Assembly: GCA_001643675.2 (NCBI GenBank) | Contig: LSRY02000033.1 | Coordinates: 186,001 to 250,000 of the forward strand | From: Monocercomonoides exilis PA203 | Taxonomy: Eukaryota; Protista; Preaxostyla | Direction of reading: 5' to 3' | DNA length: 64,000 nucleotides | In this document: positions 25,263 to 39,000 of the stretch, one piece after another | Layout: each line of letters begins with the position of its first letter | Position numbering within the stretch: position 1 is the first letter of the stretch | The notes under the pieces: generated by a model | Database searches by the model: none | What the model saw: the letters and a program-made list of their open reading frames with translations, nothing else | Told to the model about the DNA's origin: nothing | Made by a program: the position numbers and the translations under genes

Positions 25263-25751
25263 AGTTCCATTTGTTAAATTTTCAAGTTAAATAAATATTT
25301 TCATATTTTGCTCATATTTCTGTCACCGTTCACGAATCTTCTTAAGTATTCATAAAATAGCATTATTAAGTAATCAGTTCCATATTAATGATGTTTGGTG
25401 TATAGTTAGCGCAAAAAATACCAGACATCGCAAAAAATACCGGACAAGATCGATTTCTCAATAACCGCTAGAGGAATAATTCTGACAATTTTCCTATATA
25501 TATATCTTGTCAATACAGACTCAATTGAAAAACGAGACTTTTAAAACTTCATCGTTTATCAACTGAATTTGAATTGATGAGATATATTTTGAGGAAAATT
25601 GTCAAAATTATTCCTCTGGCACTTGTTGTGAAATCGATCTTGTCCGGTATTTTTTGCGATGTCTGGTATTTTTTGCGCAAACTGTATGCAAACAAAATTT
25701 TGAGCAAAATATGAAATTTCTATCTTATTTGAAAATTAAACAAAAGGAACT
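25263..25751. mobile_element. Older inverted-repeat element hosting the nested MITE
   Basis: 25263-25314 is an imperfect reverse complement of 25701-25751 and includes an exact TCATATTTTGCTCA / TGAGCAAAATATGA pair. Confidence 0.55.
25403..25684. mobile_element. Tc1/mariner-type MITE, 282 bp, TA target duplication
   Basis: The whole element is a near-palindrome. Ends are TA|TAGTTAGCGCAAAAAATACC and GGTATTTTTTGCGCAAACTG|TA, and each arm carries the tandem subterminal repeat GCAAAAAATACCRGACA twice. Confidence 0.8.
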
Positions 25752-25995
25752 TTTCAAAAAAATTTAGACATTTGTATTATTTCATTGGATATTTAAAACT
25801 GCAATGAAATAATTATTGATAAGCATATAACATAAGTGATCTGTAATTAATAATCCATTTTCTTTGTATTTATAACAATGCGTGTTTCAGATGTTGACAC
25901 TCATTAATCTATTTGAATATTTATTTACTACAATAAACCATAATATAATTAATTAATCTATATCTTTCAAAAAAATAAATTGATTTCTTGGAGGC

Positions 25996-28900
25996 ATGAG
26001 TGCAAGTACTGGATCAAAGCACGTTGGAATGAACTCTATGTTTTATATGACTCCTATTTCCAGTGATGCAAAACCATTTCACTTTACTTCAGAAAAATCA
26101 CTCGAACAGAGTTTAAATCATATTTCTATGATCCTTGATTCAATATCAATCACAGATGGGAATTGGAAAGAAAGACTCGATGCAATAAAGGAGTTACATG
26201 GCTTAGCGCTTGGAGGATGCTGTCAACACTCTTTGTTTATCAAATGGATGAGCGGGGCTCTTCATCGACACATTTCCAAGCAATTTACTGACACTCGATC
26301 CTCTCTCATCAAGGAACTTGGGCAAACAATGGTTGACATAGCTGCATGCGCACAAGAAAAATTTGATAACGTTCTGGAATTTTTCATGGACGATATGATG
26401 AAGCTTCTCGGCTCGACAAATCTGGTGATGAAGGATTGTGGAAATAGGTGCATGATGTCTTTTCTGAGAAACTGTTCATGCAATAAATCTCTTCCGCATA
26501 TTGCAAACGCATGCTCGACGAAAGGAATATCAGCAAATGTTAGACAAAGATGCGCTGAATATATCCTCTTTATTTTAATTTCGCAGCAAATTCATTTGTT
26601 CGAAAATGAGGACTACAATCAAACCATTTATCTGGCACATACGATTCTGTCAGAAAAGCACATTCTTCTTCTTGATCAGTCAATACGCGCTACACTTGTT
26701 GATGCTGATCCAGAAGTTCGAACAACTGGACGTCTGGCGTTTTGGGTATTGCACACATTATGGCCCGAAAGGTCTGAAGACATTATGCAATCGTCGATTC
26801 CTTCAAATATCCTTCGGTTGCTTAACACAGAAAAAGAAGAGATTAATAAGCAAATAGAAATAATCAAAAGAAAAATAATGGACGGTGAAGACTCAACTTC
26901 AACAGGAGCTTCTCATTCTCGTACTGCGGCAACTCCTTCTTCTTTGACTTCCTTATCACCAACTTCATCGCCTTTTGCAGCTTCGCCGTCTGACACCCCA
27001 GTTTTCCAGCCAGCACGCCGATCTTCGCTTCCAGGAGGAGTCGCATCATCTGCTGTCGCACGACCTCGTTCATCTTCTCTTCATTCTAATTCATCTTCTT
27101 CCTCTTCCTCTGCAGTCCGCCCTCCTTTCTCTCCTGCGCCTTCGTCTTCGCCTTCACCGGCTCCCTCTTCCTCGTGCCCATCTGCACCTCTTCCACCCGC
27201 TTCTCCTTCGTCAGCAGCAACAACAACGTCTGTGTTTGACACACTGCCTCTCTGGAAAAGACAGCAAATCTTGAAGCGAAAAGGAATATCCGACACCAGC
27301 ACTTCATCATCAACAGCATCATCATCATCATCATCATCTTCTTCTTCTCGAGCATCTGCACAGCCAAAACGTTCGCTAGCCGAATGCTCAGCAAATGCGC
27401 ATCAAAATACTGGCGCTTCCACAAAGTCCTCAACTTCTGCACTTCCGTCTCGCTCCTCCCACCAGTCGCATCCATCTCACCCGTCTCCTTCATCTTCTCC
27501 TCCGCCTCCGCCTTCCACGTCCCCCTTCTCCACCTCAGCACCCGCAGCCATCATTTCTGCTGCAGCCACCGCTGCGTCGCTCCGCCCGCGCACGCCTTCC
27601 TCTCCGCTTTCTCCGTCTTCTGTGTCTTCTCCCTTTTCCACCCCTTCTCTCGCATCTCCTCCGTCCAGCCGGCGCATCCCCACAACCCCAAACTCCCTCA
27701 CCCCGGCTGGCTCTCCCACACTGAGCACCCGCCGCCGCTCTTCGCAGCTGCCTTCTTCTGCCTCGTCTCCGTCCACCGACAGAAGCATCGCATCGCCTGC
27801 CACATCTTCCCCACCCTCTGTCCGATGCACTCCATCTCCGATTCTCGTAGGCAGTGCTTCTTCTGCCGTGCAGATCCCTTCATCGCCAGTCAAAGGGAGG
27901 CCCATCAATCTGTTCAGCGGGCATTCACGAAGACGACTGTCTGGGCCGTTTGCTCAGCCACTCACGCCAACTGCTGCTTCTCCTTCTGAGCAGTCGCTTG
28001 CTTCGTCTTCTTCTTCTTCTTCTTCTTCTTCATATTTGACTTCATCTGCTCTGATTGCGCCGCAAACAGCGCCTCTGCCGTCGATGAGGAGGAACAGAGT
28101 GGGAGAAAGCAGAAGGCGGATCAAAACAGAAGAGGAAAGGCAGCGCGAGAAGGAAGAGATGGAAAGAGAGGAAAGAGAGTGGAGAGAGGCGATGAAAGCA
28201 GAGCTGGAAGGAGCAAAAAGAAAAGAAGGAGAAGAAAAAACAGAAGAAGAAGCAGAAGGAGAAGGAGAAAAAGAAGGAGAAGATGTTGATGATGTTGATG
28301 AAAAGGAACGAGAGAAAGGAGAAGAGAAAGAAGAGGAACAAGGAAGAGAAGAAGATGAAGAAAAAACTTTCGCTTCAAAGAAAAATGGGAAAGAAAGTTA
28401 CACTGCAGGAATAAAGAGAAAACCAGGCAACGTAAAAGAAGAAGAGGAGGAGGAAGAAGAAGAAGAAAATGATGAAAATGACGAAAATGATGAAGAAACA
28501 AAAACAAAAGGAGAAACCAAGGTTTTTGGCAAACGCAATGGAATACGCTTTTTGAGGGGCAAAGGGAAGGCAAATGCAAAAGTTCATAGAATTGTTAGAG
28601 AATATGAAGAAACTGAAGCTGAAGAGGAAGAGGAAGAGGAAGAAGAAGAGGAAGAAGAGGAAGAAAATGAAGAAGATGAACAAAAAAGAGATAGAGAAGA
28701 TTCTGACTTCAGAAAAACAAGCACAAAAAGAGCGAATGTTGACAAAAGACTTCAAACGCCTCCAGCAGCAGCAAGCTTTTCTTTGCTCGGCCCATCTTTC
28801 AAGTTTGCCGATGGATCATCAAAAAAGCCATATTCATCATTTTCATCATCGGCTGCTTCTCCTTCTTTGACCTCTTCTTCTTCATCGTCATCTTCCGCTT

Positions 28901-29895
28901 CATCATCATCATCATCTTCTTCTTTTTCAGAATTTCCTTCTTCACATGTGCGACATTCGTCAAAGACCATTCATCCTGTTTTTGTCACTTCTGATTCAAC
29001 TTCATTTTCCACTCACAAGCCACAAACAGCTACATTATCTCTTGTTGAAGACGAAAATGCAAAGGAAAGCAAAACAAAAACAGAATATTGCTTTGAGAGA
29101 AAAACCGAACACGATGTGGATGAAGAGAAAGAGGTTGAGATTAAAAAGATGGATGCGTTCTTTGATAGAGATGAGAGAAGAAGTAGCATAACATCAAGAA
29201 AAGACAGTGGCTTAATGACATCATCTGCATCAGCAACAATATTATCAACGTCAATAGCTCATTCTCATTCTCATTCTCCTTCATTCTCTTCTTCTTCCTC
29301 TTCCTCTTCTGTTTCAACTCTTTCATCATCATCTTCTTCTCCTTCTCTTTCAATCTCCTCCTCTTCTCGTTCGTCTTCCTCATCATCATCCTCATCCTAT
29401 TTCACTTCAACCAAAATATCTTCTCTTCTTTCTCTTGTCTCGTCCACGCCTTCTTCCTCGCTTTCTGCCTCGACTCTTCTTTCCATCATCGCCACTGCCA
29501 TCACAAACCCACTCCAAAGGATAGCTGCCATGTTTGTCGAAGATGAGAATAACAAACCAGATTTGTTCGTTCCAAATTCGTCGCCTTCTTCTTCGGCTAC
29601 CTCTTCTTCCTCTTTAACTTCTTCTTCTTCTTCACCTTCAACTTCTTCATCCTCCTCCCCTTCCTCTTCCTATTCGTCTCCATCTTCGTTGTTTATATCG
29701 TCATCGTCTTTGATCAGCGATGAAGAAGTCAGCAAAGTTCTGAGCGAAATCGAAAGAGCGTTGAATGTTCTGGTTGACAATCACTTAGAACTCCTAATTT
29801 TGCCTGAAGACAAAGCAAAAAAACTGGTGAAGCGAAAAGAGAGCAGATTTGAAGAGCAAACAATTGATGAACCCACGGATTCAGCGAAGGAGTTG

Positions 29896-29927
<32 letters not shown>

Positions 29928-31035
29928 AAATGCTGATAAATCCTCTTCCTCGTCTGAAGCATCTCTTCCTTTCTCTTCTTTCTTCTCTGTGTGTTTGTAT
30001 CCTCTCCTCACATCTCTGCTCAACGCACGCCATCACTGCAAGGGCTACCCCGTAGCATGCTCAGCTGAAAGGATGATATTTGCCTTCTGCTCTGCAGTTT
30101 ATCGGTGGACGCTGAATGAAGAAGAGAAAAAGCACAAGGAAGACAGAGAGAAGTCAGAGATGAAGGATCGAATGGACTCTGGCCGAGCAGCTTATTCATC
30201 CAATTCTCAGCAAAAAGAAGAACAACTGCAGGTGCAGTCTTGGTTTTCTGTTTATTCTCTCTCGCCTGTGGAGTTCATCTCCTCGCAGCCGCCTTCACTT
30301 CTTCTGCTTTCCACGCTGATGGAGTTTATCCGTCTGATGCTCGATCTTCACGTGGGGCAGTCAGAAAGAGCAAAGAAAATCAAAATTCCTGTTCCTCCGC
30401 AGACTTCTCTAAACACATTTCAGTCTTCTTCTTCTTCCTCCTCCTCCTCTTTCATTTCATCTCCTTCGTTTTCTTCTTTTGCTCCTTCGCCCACACTCAA
30501 AGATCTGTCGTATCAGCTCCTCATCCAGCCAGAATATGAGCAGCAGAATGATCCGTTTTTGCTCGGCTGGCTTCATCTTTTCCCTCATTTCATATCTATT
30601 GCCTCATACGCCTTCCCATTTCATTCACTTCAGTCAAATTCATTCTATGACGCACAGGAAGCTTCTTCCCCGCATTTATCTGCCAAGTTTCCTTCTTTGT
30701 CTTCTCTCACATCATCACCGGAATCTTCTCCTTCTCCTTCTCATTCTCCTTCTCCTCCTCTTGCTTCCATTTCTCCAGCGTGCTTCCTCCTTTCCCGTAT
30801 TAAGCGGAACATCATGTGCCTGCAGAACCACGAGTCGATGGCGGTGCGGCAAGGGGCGTGCTTCTGCATGGCGTTTGTGTGCGAGTGTGTTGCGAAAGCG
30901 GAGTGGGAGTGGATGGCCAGCGGATGGGAGCGGACAAAATGCATGGTGATGATGAGCTGTGTGGAAAGGTACCAGAAAACGAACAGCGATGCACAGCGCA
31001 AAAGGAACGGCTTTAGAGACATTTGGAAGCCATGA
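25996..31035 (+). CDS. CLASP: CLIP-associated protein (CLASP/Stu1), microtubule plus-end regulator, 1679 aa
   Basis: N-terminal TOG/CLASP_N HEAT motifs (WKERLDAIKEL, QFTDTRSSLIKE, VRQRCAEY, DADPEVRTTGR). The Ser/Pro/Arg-rich linker has SxLP motifs. The C-terminal NHESMAVRQGACFCMAFV resembles the CLASP C-terminal HEAT. Intronless. Confidence 0.85.
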
Positions 31036-31265
31036 AGTGTTGCGTGAAGAGGGCGAGAAATATTTATTACGTATTTTTGAAAAGAAAATACACATGTTGA
31101 TTGCGTTTATTCAAAAAACTTCTGTTTTTCTCTTTTAAATGTTTGTTTCAATAAAATGTCTTTGAATATTATTTTTGTGCATATTGAAACAACGCACGCC
31201 TTTACAAGTCGAAAAGCCGATATCTTTAAAAATTTGCACCTGAAGAAAACTTTCAAAATCAAATT

Positions 31266-31299
<34 letters not shown>

Positions 31300-32180
31300 A
31301 AGTATTTTGATTTTCTTGTAACTGGAAGCTCAATTATTTAATTACACTGATAATTCAATTGTCTTGAATGCAAAAGGGGAAAGCTCATTTGATTTGGAAA
31401 CGACAAATTTCTTGCATGAGACGTCTTTATCTAACCACATTTAACAGCATTTCTTTTTTTTCACATTGGGATCTTTGGCATTTATATGTTAAAGTTTGTG
31501 AAACGTTTTTCTTCTGGATATTCTTGATTATTTGAAAACGAATGATCAAACCAAGTAAAATAAAACTTTTTTACGGGGATTATTGCATATGTGACGAAAT
31601 CTTTTGCTTTATGAATTTTGTTCCACACAGCACTTTCAAAGATTTTTCTCGACTTTTCAATATTTCAATGCTTAATTTTCACTGGAATGTCAGAATTGAA
31701 ATCACACGATAGCAAAAAAAGTTTGGAACAAATCACTGATTTTTTCATAATTGCAAGAATAGTGTCCCATATTTCTTCGAAAAAATATACAACTTTATCA
31801 ACACCGCTCAAATGAAGAATTGTTGGAATTTTATCTTTCTTCAAAAACAGCAAAGCGCTTTTGAATGCTGAGTAACTCCTGAAAAGAGATATTTATTTAG
31901 ATAAAACCATTTGAAAAATATATGTTGATTCTTGAAGGACAAATGCTGATGAAATCAATATCCATAGAAAAACTTTTTTATGGATTGAAAATTTATGAAC
32001 AGTCATGGAAAGAAAAAACGGAAATAGTTGAATTGATCATTTAATGCATTGAAATATCTTTTTCCAGTCATTTTCTTGGAAATTTCGACACATTGGAGAT
32101 ATTTTCTTCTTTTTCCAACACAAACACCAACAAAAAGTTGTATCTGAGAAATGTTCAACAGATTCACTCAATTTGAACTA

Positions 32181-33126
32181 GGTGAGTATTTTTATTGGCA
32201 CCAAAAATCATTTTCATTATCTTCATTTCATTAAAGCTCATTAATCTGTTTCATAACATAAGTACAATAAACAAATAAAAATTAAGCTGTACGTCAAATA
32301 TTTTTAAAAAAAACTTTCTCAGAAAAACAATCTAATAATTTTAAATTTTTATATTACGATCAATGTTTTGCTCGTATTTTCTTGACTGATTGCAGTTGCG
32401 AGTTTTAATCACGGAATTCACAAAAACAACTGTATTTTCCGTATTTGTTACTTATTCGTTATATTTTGAACCATATATTTAAGCGTATTTTTGCATTTCA
32501 CCATTATTGTTAAAACATGCAAAATCAAGTGAATGTGTTTGCTTTATTGATTTGTATGAAGTTGAAAATATATAAAAGGTGTATTTAGAACATTATTCTT
32601 GATATTTGATAATTGCCAATTTGTCAATACTTAGATAAATGCAATTCTTTAAAAAACATGATCCTTTGATTTCTTTTTTATTTTGAATAAAAATTCGTTT
32701 TCAAAACATGTATCATATACAAAAAAGATTATTTTATCGATATCTTTTGACCATTTTTTACAAAACAAACACATTCACTTGATTTTGCATGTTTTAACAA
32801 TAATGGTGAAATGCAAAAATACGCTTAAATATATGGTTCAAAATATAACGAATAAGTAACAAATACGGAAAATACAGTTGTTTTTGTGAATTCCGTGATT
32901 AAAACTCGCAACTGCAATCAGTCAAGAAAATACGAGCAAAACATTGATCGTAATATAAAAATTTAAAATTATTAGATTGTTTTTCTGAGAAAGTTTTTTT
33001 TAAAAATATTTGACGTACAGCTTAATTTTTATTTGTTTATTGTACTTATGTTATGAAACAGATTAATGAGCTTTAATGAAATGAAGATAATGAAAATGAT
33101 TTTTGGTGCCAATAAAAATACTCACC
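32181..33126. mobile_element. Foldback element A (946 bp; 361-bp inverted arms)
   Basis: 32181-32541 is the reverse complement of 32766-33126 with no mismatch seen by eye. The spacer is 224 bp, the terminus is GGTGAGTATTTTTATTGGCACC, and there is no ORF. Confidence 0.9.
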
Positions 33127-34020
33127 TATTGGATGCCTGATTCTTATTATCTTGCTGTTTTTCAGATTTGATCATAAGAAAGAAGAATTATTGTACATTA
33201 ATAATCATTCCACAAAGAAAAGCCATTTGACAATATGTTTAAAGAAGATAATAGAGAAAAGAATAAGAAAATTTGTTTTTGTGAAATGAAATTCAAAATT
33301 TGAGAGAAAAACAATATTCATCTTCAACACTTCTTATTCAACAAATCATCACAATTCAATACAAAATCTAATCTCAATAAATTTCCTGAGTGCTTCTTCA
33401 AATTTGATATTCACCTTTGACCTACGATATTTTCTTCTTTCACTTTGGTTAAACTTAACACATAAAGGCATCTCAACTGGAATTTTATTTAATTCGAAAC
33501 AATTTGTGGATACATCATTTCTGATAAGATAATTCTCAATTCAATATCCTTCTTCTCAAGCGAAATCTTTGCTCAATCTTTTTCAAATGAAGTTGAATGG
33601 ATCTTTGAAGTTTTTCCTTTGATTCCATGCTGTTGATCAGTTTTTTGGATGTCATCGCAACAGCCTTTTATTCCATCACCTGAAGATTAATTTTCCTCTC
33701 ATATAAAATCTGATTCGCATTAAAAAAAATATAGGAAAATTTGAAAGATCGTTTATTATTCCCTATTTCTTCTTCAGATTTTTCCTTTTTCTTTTCTTCG
33801 ACGAATTCTTAATCGACTTCTACCATGAAAACTATCGAACTGTCACCTTTTGAAAGTAAAAACATTATTTTCTCCACTTTCATCGAATAAAAATTTGAAA
33901 TTATTAATGTTCATAGGAGTTTTTGCTCATGGACGGAATGACACAGATATGAGATGAAAAGGAAAAAAATATTTTTTGAAAGAAGGCGTTGAGAAAGAGA
34001 AGTGAGAAAAGAGAAAGAGA

Positions 34021-36056
34021 AAAGAAAAGAAAATGAAAGAATGCACATTTAGGTGGATTGGAAGGATTCAAATACAAAGAAAAGAAAACGTCATTGAATT
34101 GAAACAAAAAAACTCAGGCGAAGAGAATTTTTGACAAACAACAAGTGATGAAAAGAGCTTTGCATTCTTCAAAGGCAATTACAATGTTTTTACAGATGCA
34201 GATTGAACAAAAAGAAAACGAAAATCGCAAGAGTTTCTGGGATGGAGGCAAAGAGCAAGATCAAGTTAACAATGAAGAATGCGAAATGAGACAAGCAAAT
34301 CCGACTCGTCCATGACTACCAATTGTCCACCGATGATGCTCCTTTCCTCGTCATCAAAAGCCATCACATCCATCTGCAAAAGAATAATTGATATCCCAAA
34401 GCAATTTATCTGTGGAAACTTCATCAGCTTCTTGAGACCAGTGACTTCAACAAAAAATGCAAAAAAAAAAAAAAAAAAAAAAAAAATCACTTTCTTTACA
34501 GACTCTGGGGCTTCATTCGCATTAAATAAAATTACTGAAATTTCAATTTTGCAGTTTCTGCTTTGGAAGTCACAACATTGCGGTTGTCGTGTGGGAAACA
34601 GTTCAGCTTATGAGTGTCGAAGAATTGTCACTTTCAATAGACCTTCCAGATGCATCAGCACGATCCGATAACTGCTCAATATCAACAGCATCAGACATTG
34701 TGAGCACAACAGCATCTGCCGGAAAACGCTCAATAAATACTCTTTTTGTATCTGTGAGTGTTGGCCTCGCTGATGGGCAAGTCGCAAAACTCGAAATCAC
34801 GCAACCCTTCAAGCTGCTCTCACCAATGATTTCAACACTTGGTCTCTCTCCATTGACTATCTTCTGCCCAGCAACTTCGGCTTCGTATTCTCCAAAAGGG
34901 ATCTGGAGTGTCAGACACTCCCACAGCATCATCCCAATTGAGAATGCCACTGACTCCTTTGTTGCATCCATCTTCTTGTTGATCAGCAGCTCCGGCGCCT
35001 TCCATTTCAAGCACTCCTTCCTGTTGTCTTCATCATCCTCAAAAGCTGATGAGGGAAGAGAGTCATCATCATCATCACTTGCAGAAGTCACAACAGTTGA
35101 TGATGAGATGGATGATGATGAATCATCAGACAATAAGTCAGAGTGCATCACAATACAAATCACCATATGTTCTGAGAACAACACAATATGTGGACTCAGA
35201 TTGGCAAGGGAGGACAGCTCGTCTTCTTCATTCTCAAATGAATGCAGCGCAAGATTGGCCACCCAGAACAGAATCTGAGCAGCTGTCTGCTCTCTCTCCT
35301 GCAAAGTGCCGATCACCATCTCTTTCTTTGCATTCCTTCCATGCAACAACATGAACAATGAATCCCTCAAATCTACAATCAGTTTCTCATGAGGGGATGA
35401 ACAGGCCATTGCATCCACCAAGTTCGACATCGATGAGGTGGTTGGGCACAGACACTCTGATCGAACAAATGTAGAATCTGAATCAGTTGTTGAGGTGGAT
35501 GAAATGGAAGGTGATGGAGTTCTCTCTCTTATTTCTTCTTCTTTTTCATCAGCCTTCTCCAATGCCCAATCTGGAATCTTGTCTGAATCTCTCCCAAGAA
35601 TGTATTCAGTGGAACCACTCTCACTCAACAAATGCTCTGAAGATTCTGAATGCCCCAACGTCTTGTCATACACCCTCTTCTTAATCCTCTCATCATTTTT
35701 CTTCTCTGCCTCTCTTTCTGCTCTCCTCCATTGCTCCTCTGGAGACATCTCCATCGTTACCATCTCAAATGCCTTCGGATCTTTTCTGATGTTATCGTTC
35801 ACAATCTCTCTCAGATCTTCCGCTTCATTCTTTGCCTTCTTCCATCGAACCGCCAGAACAACTGCAACAACAAGAATAATCAAAAACAACACAGCTAATA
35901 TTATCACAATTATTGGCCATATCGATTTTCCTTCTTTTCCTCCCTCAACAAGATTTCCTTCTCCTTTTGGATCAGTCTCACTTCTGTTCTTCAGAATAAA
36001 TGAATCAGTGGCCGATGGAGAATCAGCATTTCCAAATAAAATGCACACGCTCACTT
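34021..36056. repeat. ~2-kb duplicated block, copy 1 (receptor TM + cytoplasmic tail + 3' flank)
   Basis: Near-identical to ~53692-55729 (offset ~19.67 kb), including ~580 bp of non-coding 3' flank. Confidence 0.95.
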
Positions 36057-39000
36057 CCACACCTTCTCCTGCTTCGATGATCGTTTCTTTTGACAATCTC
36101 CCTTCAACTTCTGTCTCCGACACATATCCACTTTCACCAAATCCATGCTTCTCAATCTGCTTTTCATCCACAATCTGCTTCACAACCATGAACGATAAAT
36201 TGCATGGGAGCAACAGCTTTCCTTTGAACTTCACAGATAGTTCTGTTCCCATCTCTTCCATTTCAATGCTTTTCAACTCTGGAATGAAGAAGGATGATAA
36301 TCTCTCTGATGCAATCCCACTCACATCGCATCCATCATTCAAGATCCACATTGATGAGTTTGGAAAAAGTCCATCTCCTCCCTTTATGCTCAGCAGGGCA
36401 ACAGATGCGTTATCTGTGCATGCAAGGTTTCTTCTAAATGAAGGATATATTTCAATACGTGGATTGTTATTTGAAAATTCAACCTTCTCAACCTTCAATT
36501 CTCCTCCCTTAATAAGCATTGCCCCATGCGATGAATTTGACAATATAGTATCTTTGATGTGAGCTGATGTTTTGCAAAATTCTATCATGGAACTATTCCA
36601 TCCACAGATCTCATTAAATTTTTCATTTGTTTCATTTATTCCATGTTCATAAATCTTTCCATCAAATGTGCATAGTTCTACTACAACTTCTCTACACATT
36701 CCGAACGAAGCAACGCTTCCTTGAATGTGCTCGCCAACACACTCCTTCGAGCTGCAATTTACGAGATTTATTTCACCAGTCGAAAACTCCGCCTCAATAA
36801 CAATTGCTCTTTCAGAAAGTTGAGTAATATTTTCAAATGTTGATGCCGAAATTTGGAAGGAAGAGGATGCTTCCTCTCTTTCATGTTTTTCGTAAGAAAA
36901 AGATTCATTAAATTGAATTGCGCTTCCGTTCCTCAATATAATGTTATTCATCTTCAATTTTTCTGCTATCACATGAGAGATTTTTGGACTAATTCGAATT
37001 ATTGGTGATGATGAAAAACAGAAATCTCCAACCACAAACTCAGATATTACTAGCCATCCATTTCTAACACATAGAAGAGTCAGACATAAAGGCAGAGGCT
37101 CATTGTCAGTTTCTTTCTGTGCAAAAAGTGAGCACTTTTTTAAAGTTAGTAACTCGCTTTCAACAGAAATCAGATATTGATGCGTTGAAGAGAAAGTTTT
37201 ATTGAACGGAAAATTCGATCCAGACATGCTGACATTTCCATATACTTGAATCAGGCTTTCATACAGCATTTCAATTCCATTCAGTATGAAAATTGTGCAT
37301 CCGTTTCCGCTTCTGCTCGTTAATGCTACATCCACAAGTTGCATCTCTTTTGCAATCAATCCTTCTGTGTCAATAAGTAATCTACTTTCCAAATCACTTG
37401 TGAGATGAGTTAGTGCGTAATCCAGCGAGAGGCATGGCAGGTCTCTTGTTCCGCATTGTCTCTCATTCCTTCCCAGTTTACCACTTGCAGACGATACAAT
37501 TATCGTATCTGCTTGATGAACAGTGATGTAATCCATTAAATCAACTGGAGAATTTGCATTTCTATCCACACCCCATATTGCGTTAATTCTATTGAAAGCT
37601 CCATCCCGAAGATCCATTCTGAATTGAGTTTCATTTATTTGATCGAAAATAGAAACGCATTCAATGAATATATCATTTCCTATTTTTGCATTATTTCCCT
37701 TGAAGGTTGAATTCTGCAATACAAAATTCATTGTTCCATTTTCGTCTGTTGCAAGATAAAGTCCTCCTCCTCGACCTTCGTCGTTATTGCATCCGCATTG
37801 AATCACCTTACAATGTCTCATTGAAAAGTCTCCTCCATGATCCAAATTTATGAATCCGACTCCTCCTTTCACAGATGCAGATGCCTTACACATCTCCAAT
37901 GTCGTATTGTTTATTTCCACTCCAACTTGCGAAGCAGAATTGCTTTTTATAACACAAGGAATAGAATTTCGTCCAGACAACGAGTTCACTGACGAGTTTG
38001 TAATTCGCAAAAGGGTTTTTGCTTCTTCATTAGCTTTATTTCCTTCGTAAAATGAAATGACGCATTCTTCTGAAATTTCTGTCCAGACTATTCCAAACTC
38101 ATTCACATCACATATACATCCTCTTTCAAGGCGAATTATTGATTTTCCCAGACAACCTTGTGAGAGAAGCAGTTTTAAAGCTTGAAGTTCGCCTTTTTCG
38201 ATCAAAACAAACGAGAAATAGCGGTTGTTTTCGACAGTTCCTCTTGTTTCAAAGCAGCAATCTTCCAGTTTGACGATGCCGTTTTCGTTTAATATAATGC
38301 TTCCAACTTCATTCATAAATGCTTCCTCAGCAACCAACGCGATCATTCTTATTGTGAAATTTCTTTGATTTTTGATCACAACATTTTCCCCATCTTGCTT
38401 TCTTTCAACTTTAACAATTGATTTCTTTTGATATTCTTCTGAGACAGAAGTTGCTGATTCAATTACATATCCAGACAGGTCAAAACTTTCTCTCACAAAT
38501 GCAGATAAAATCACAAATATTATTTTATCTCCTGAGCTCAATACGTCAGAGGATTGCCTCAGCCCTTTCCAAAGTGTCTTACACGGATCTTCATTTGATC
38601 CACATCTCGCAACATCGTAACCAGTTGATGATATGAACACAGTCTCATTTTTGTATTCCACCAAGAATCTGAACAGGTCCGTATCGCAAATGTTTTTATC
38701 ACTTCCAACAAATAAATTTCTATCATCCTTCATTTCATCGAAATCAAATGCAAAAGTGGACAATGTGATCGATGAATTCAAGTTGAACGACGCAATGAAC
38801 ATGTTCTTCCCGAGTGTTGCATTGTTCGAAGAAAAATAAGTGGACTTCAACAAAAATGGATTCTTATTAACTGCCAAGGAGCAATTCAAATTCATAAATC
38901 CACCTTTCCCATTTGGGGTAGTGCATGCACAAGTTGATGCTTGGACTTTATCAAGAAGCAATTCTTCACCGTCTTCCAGAATAGATTGAACCACTCCACC

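Noticed and set aside
25408-25447. Short direct repeats that might suggest a CRISPR array
   Set aside because: Only two adjacent copies with no spacers. They are MITE subterminal repeats in a eukaryotic context.
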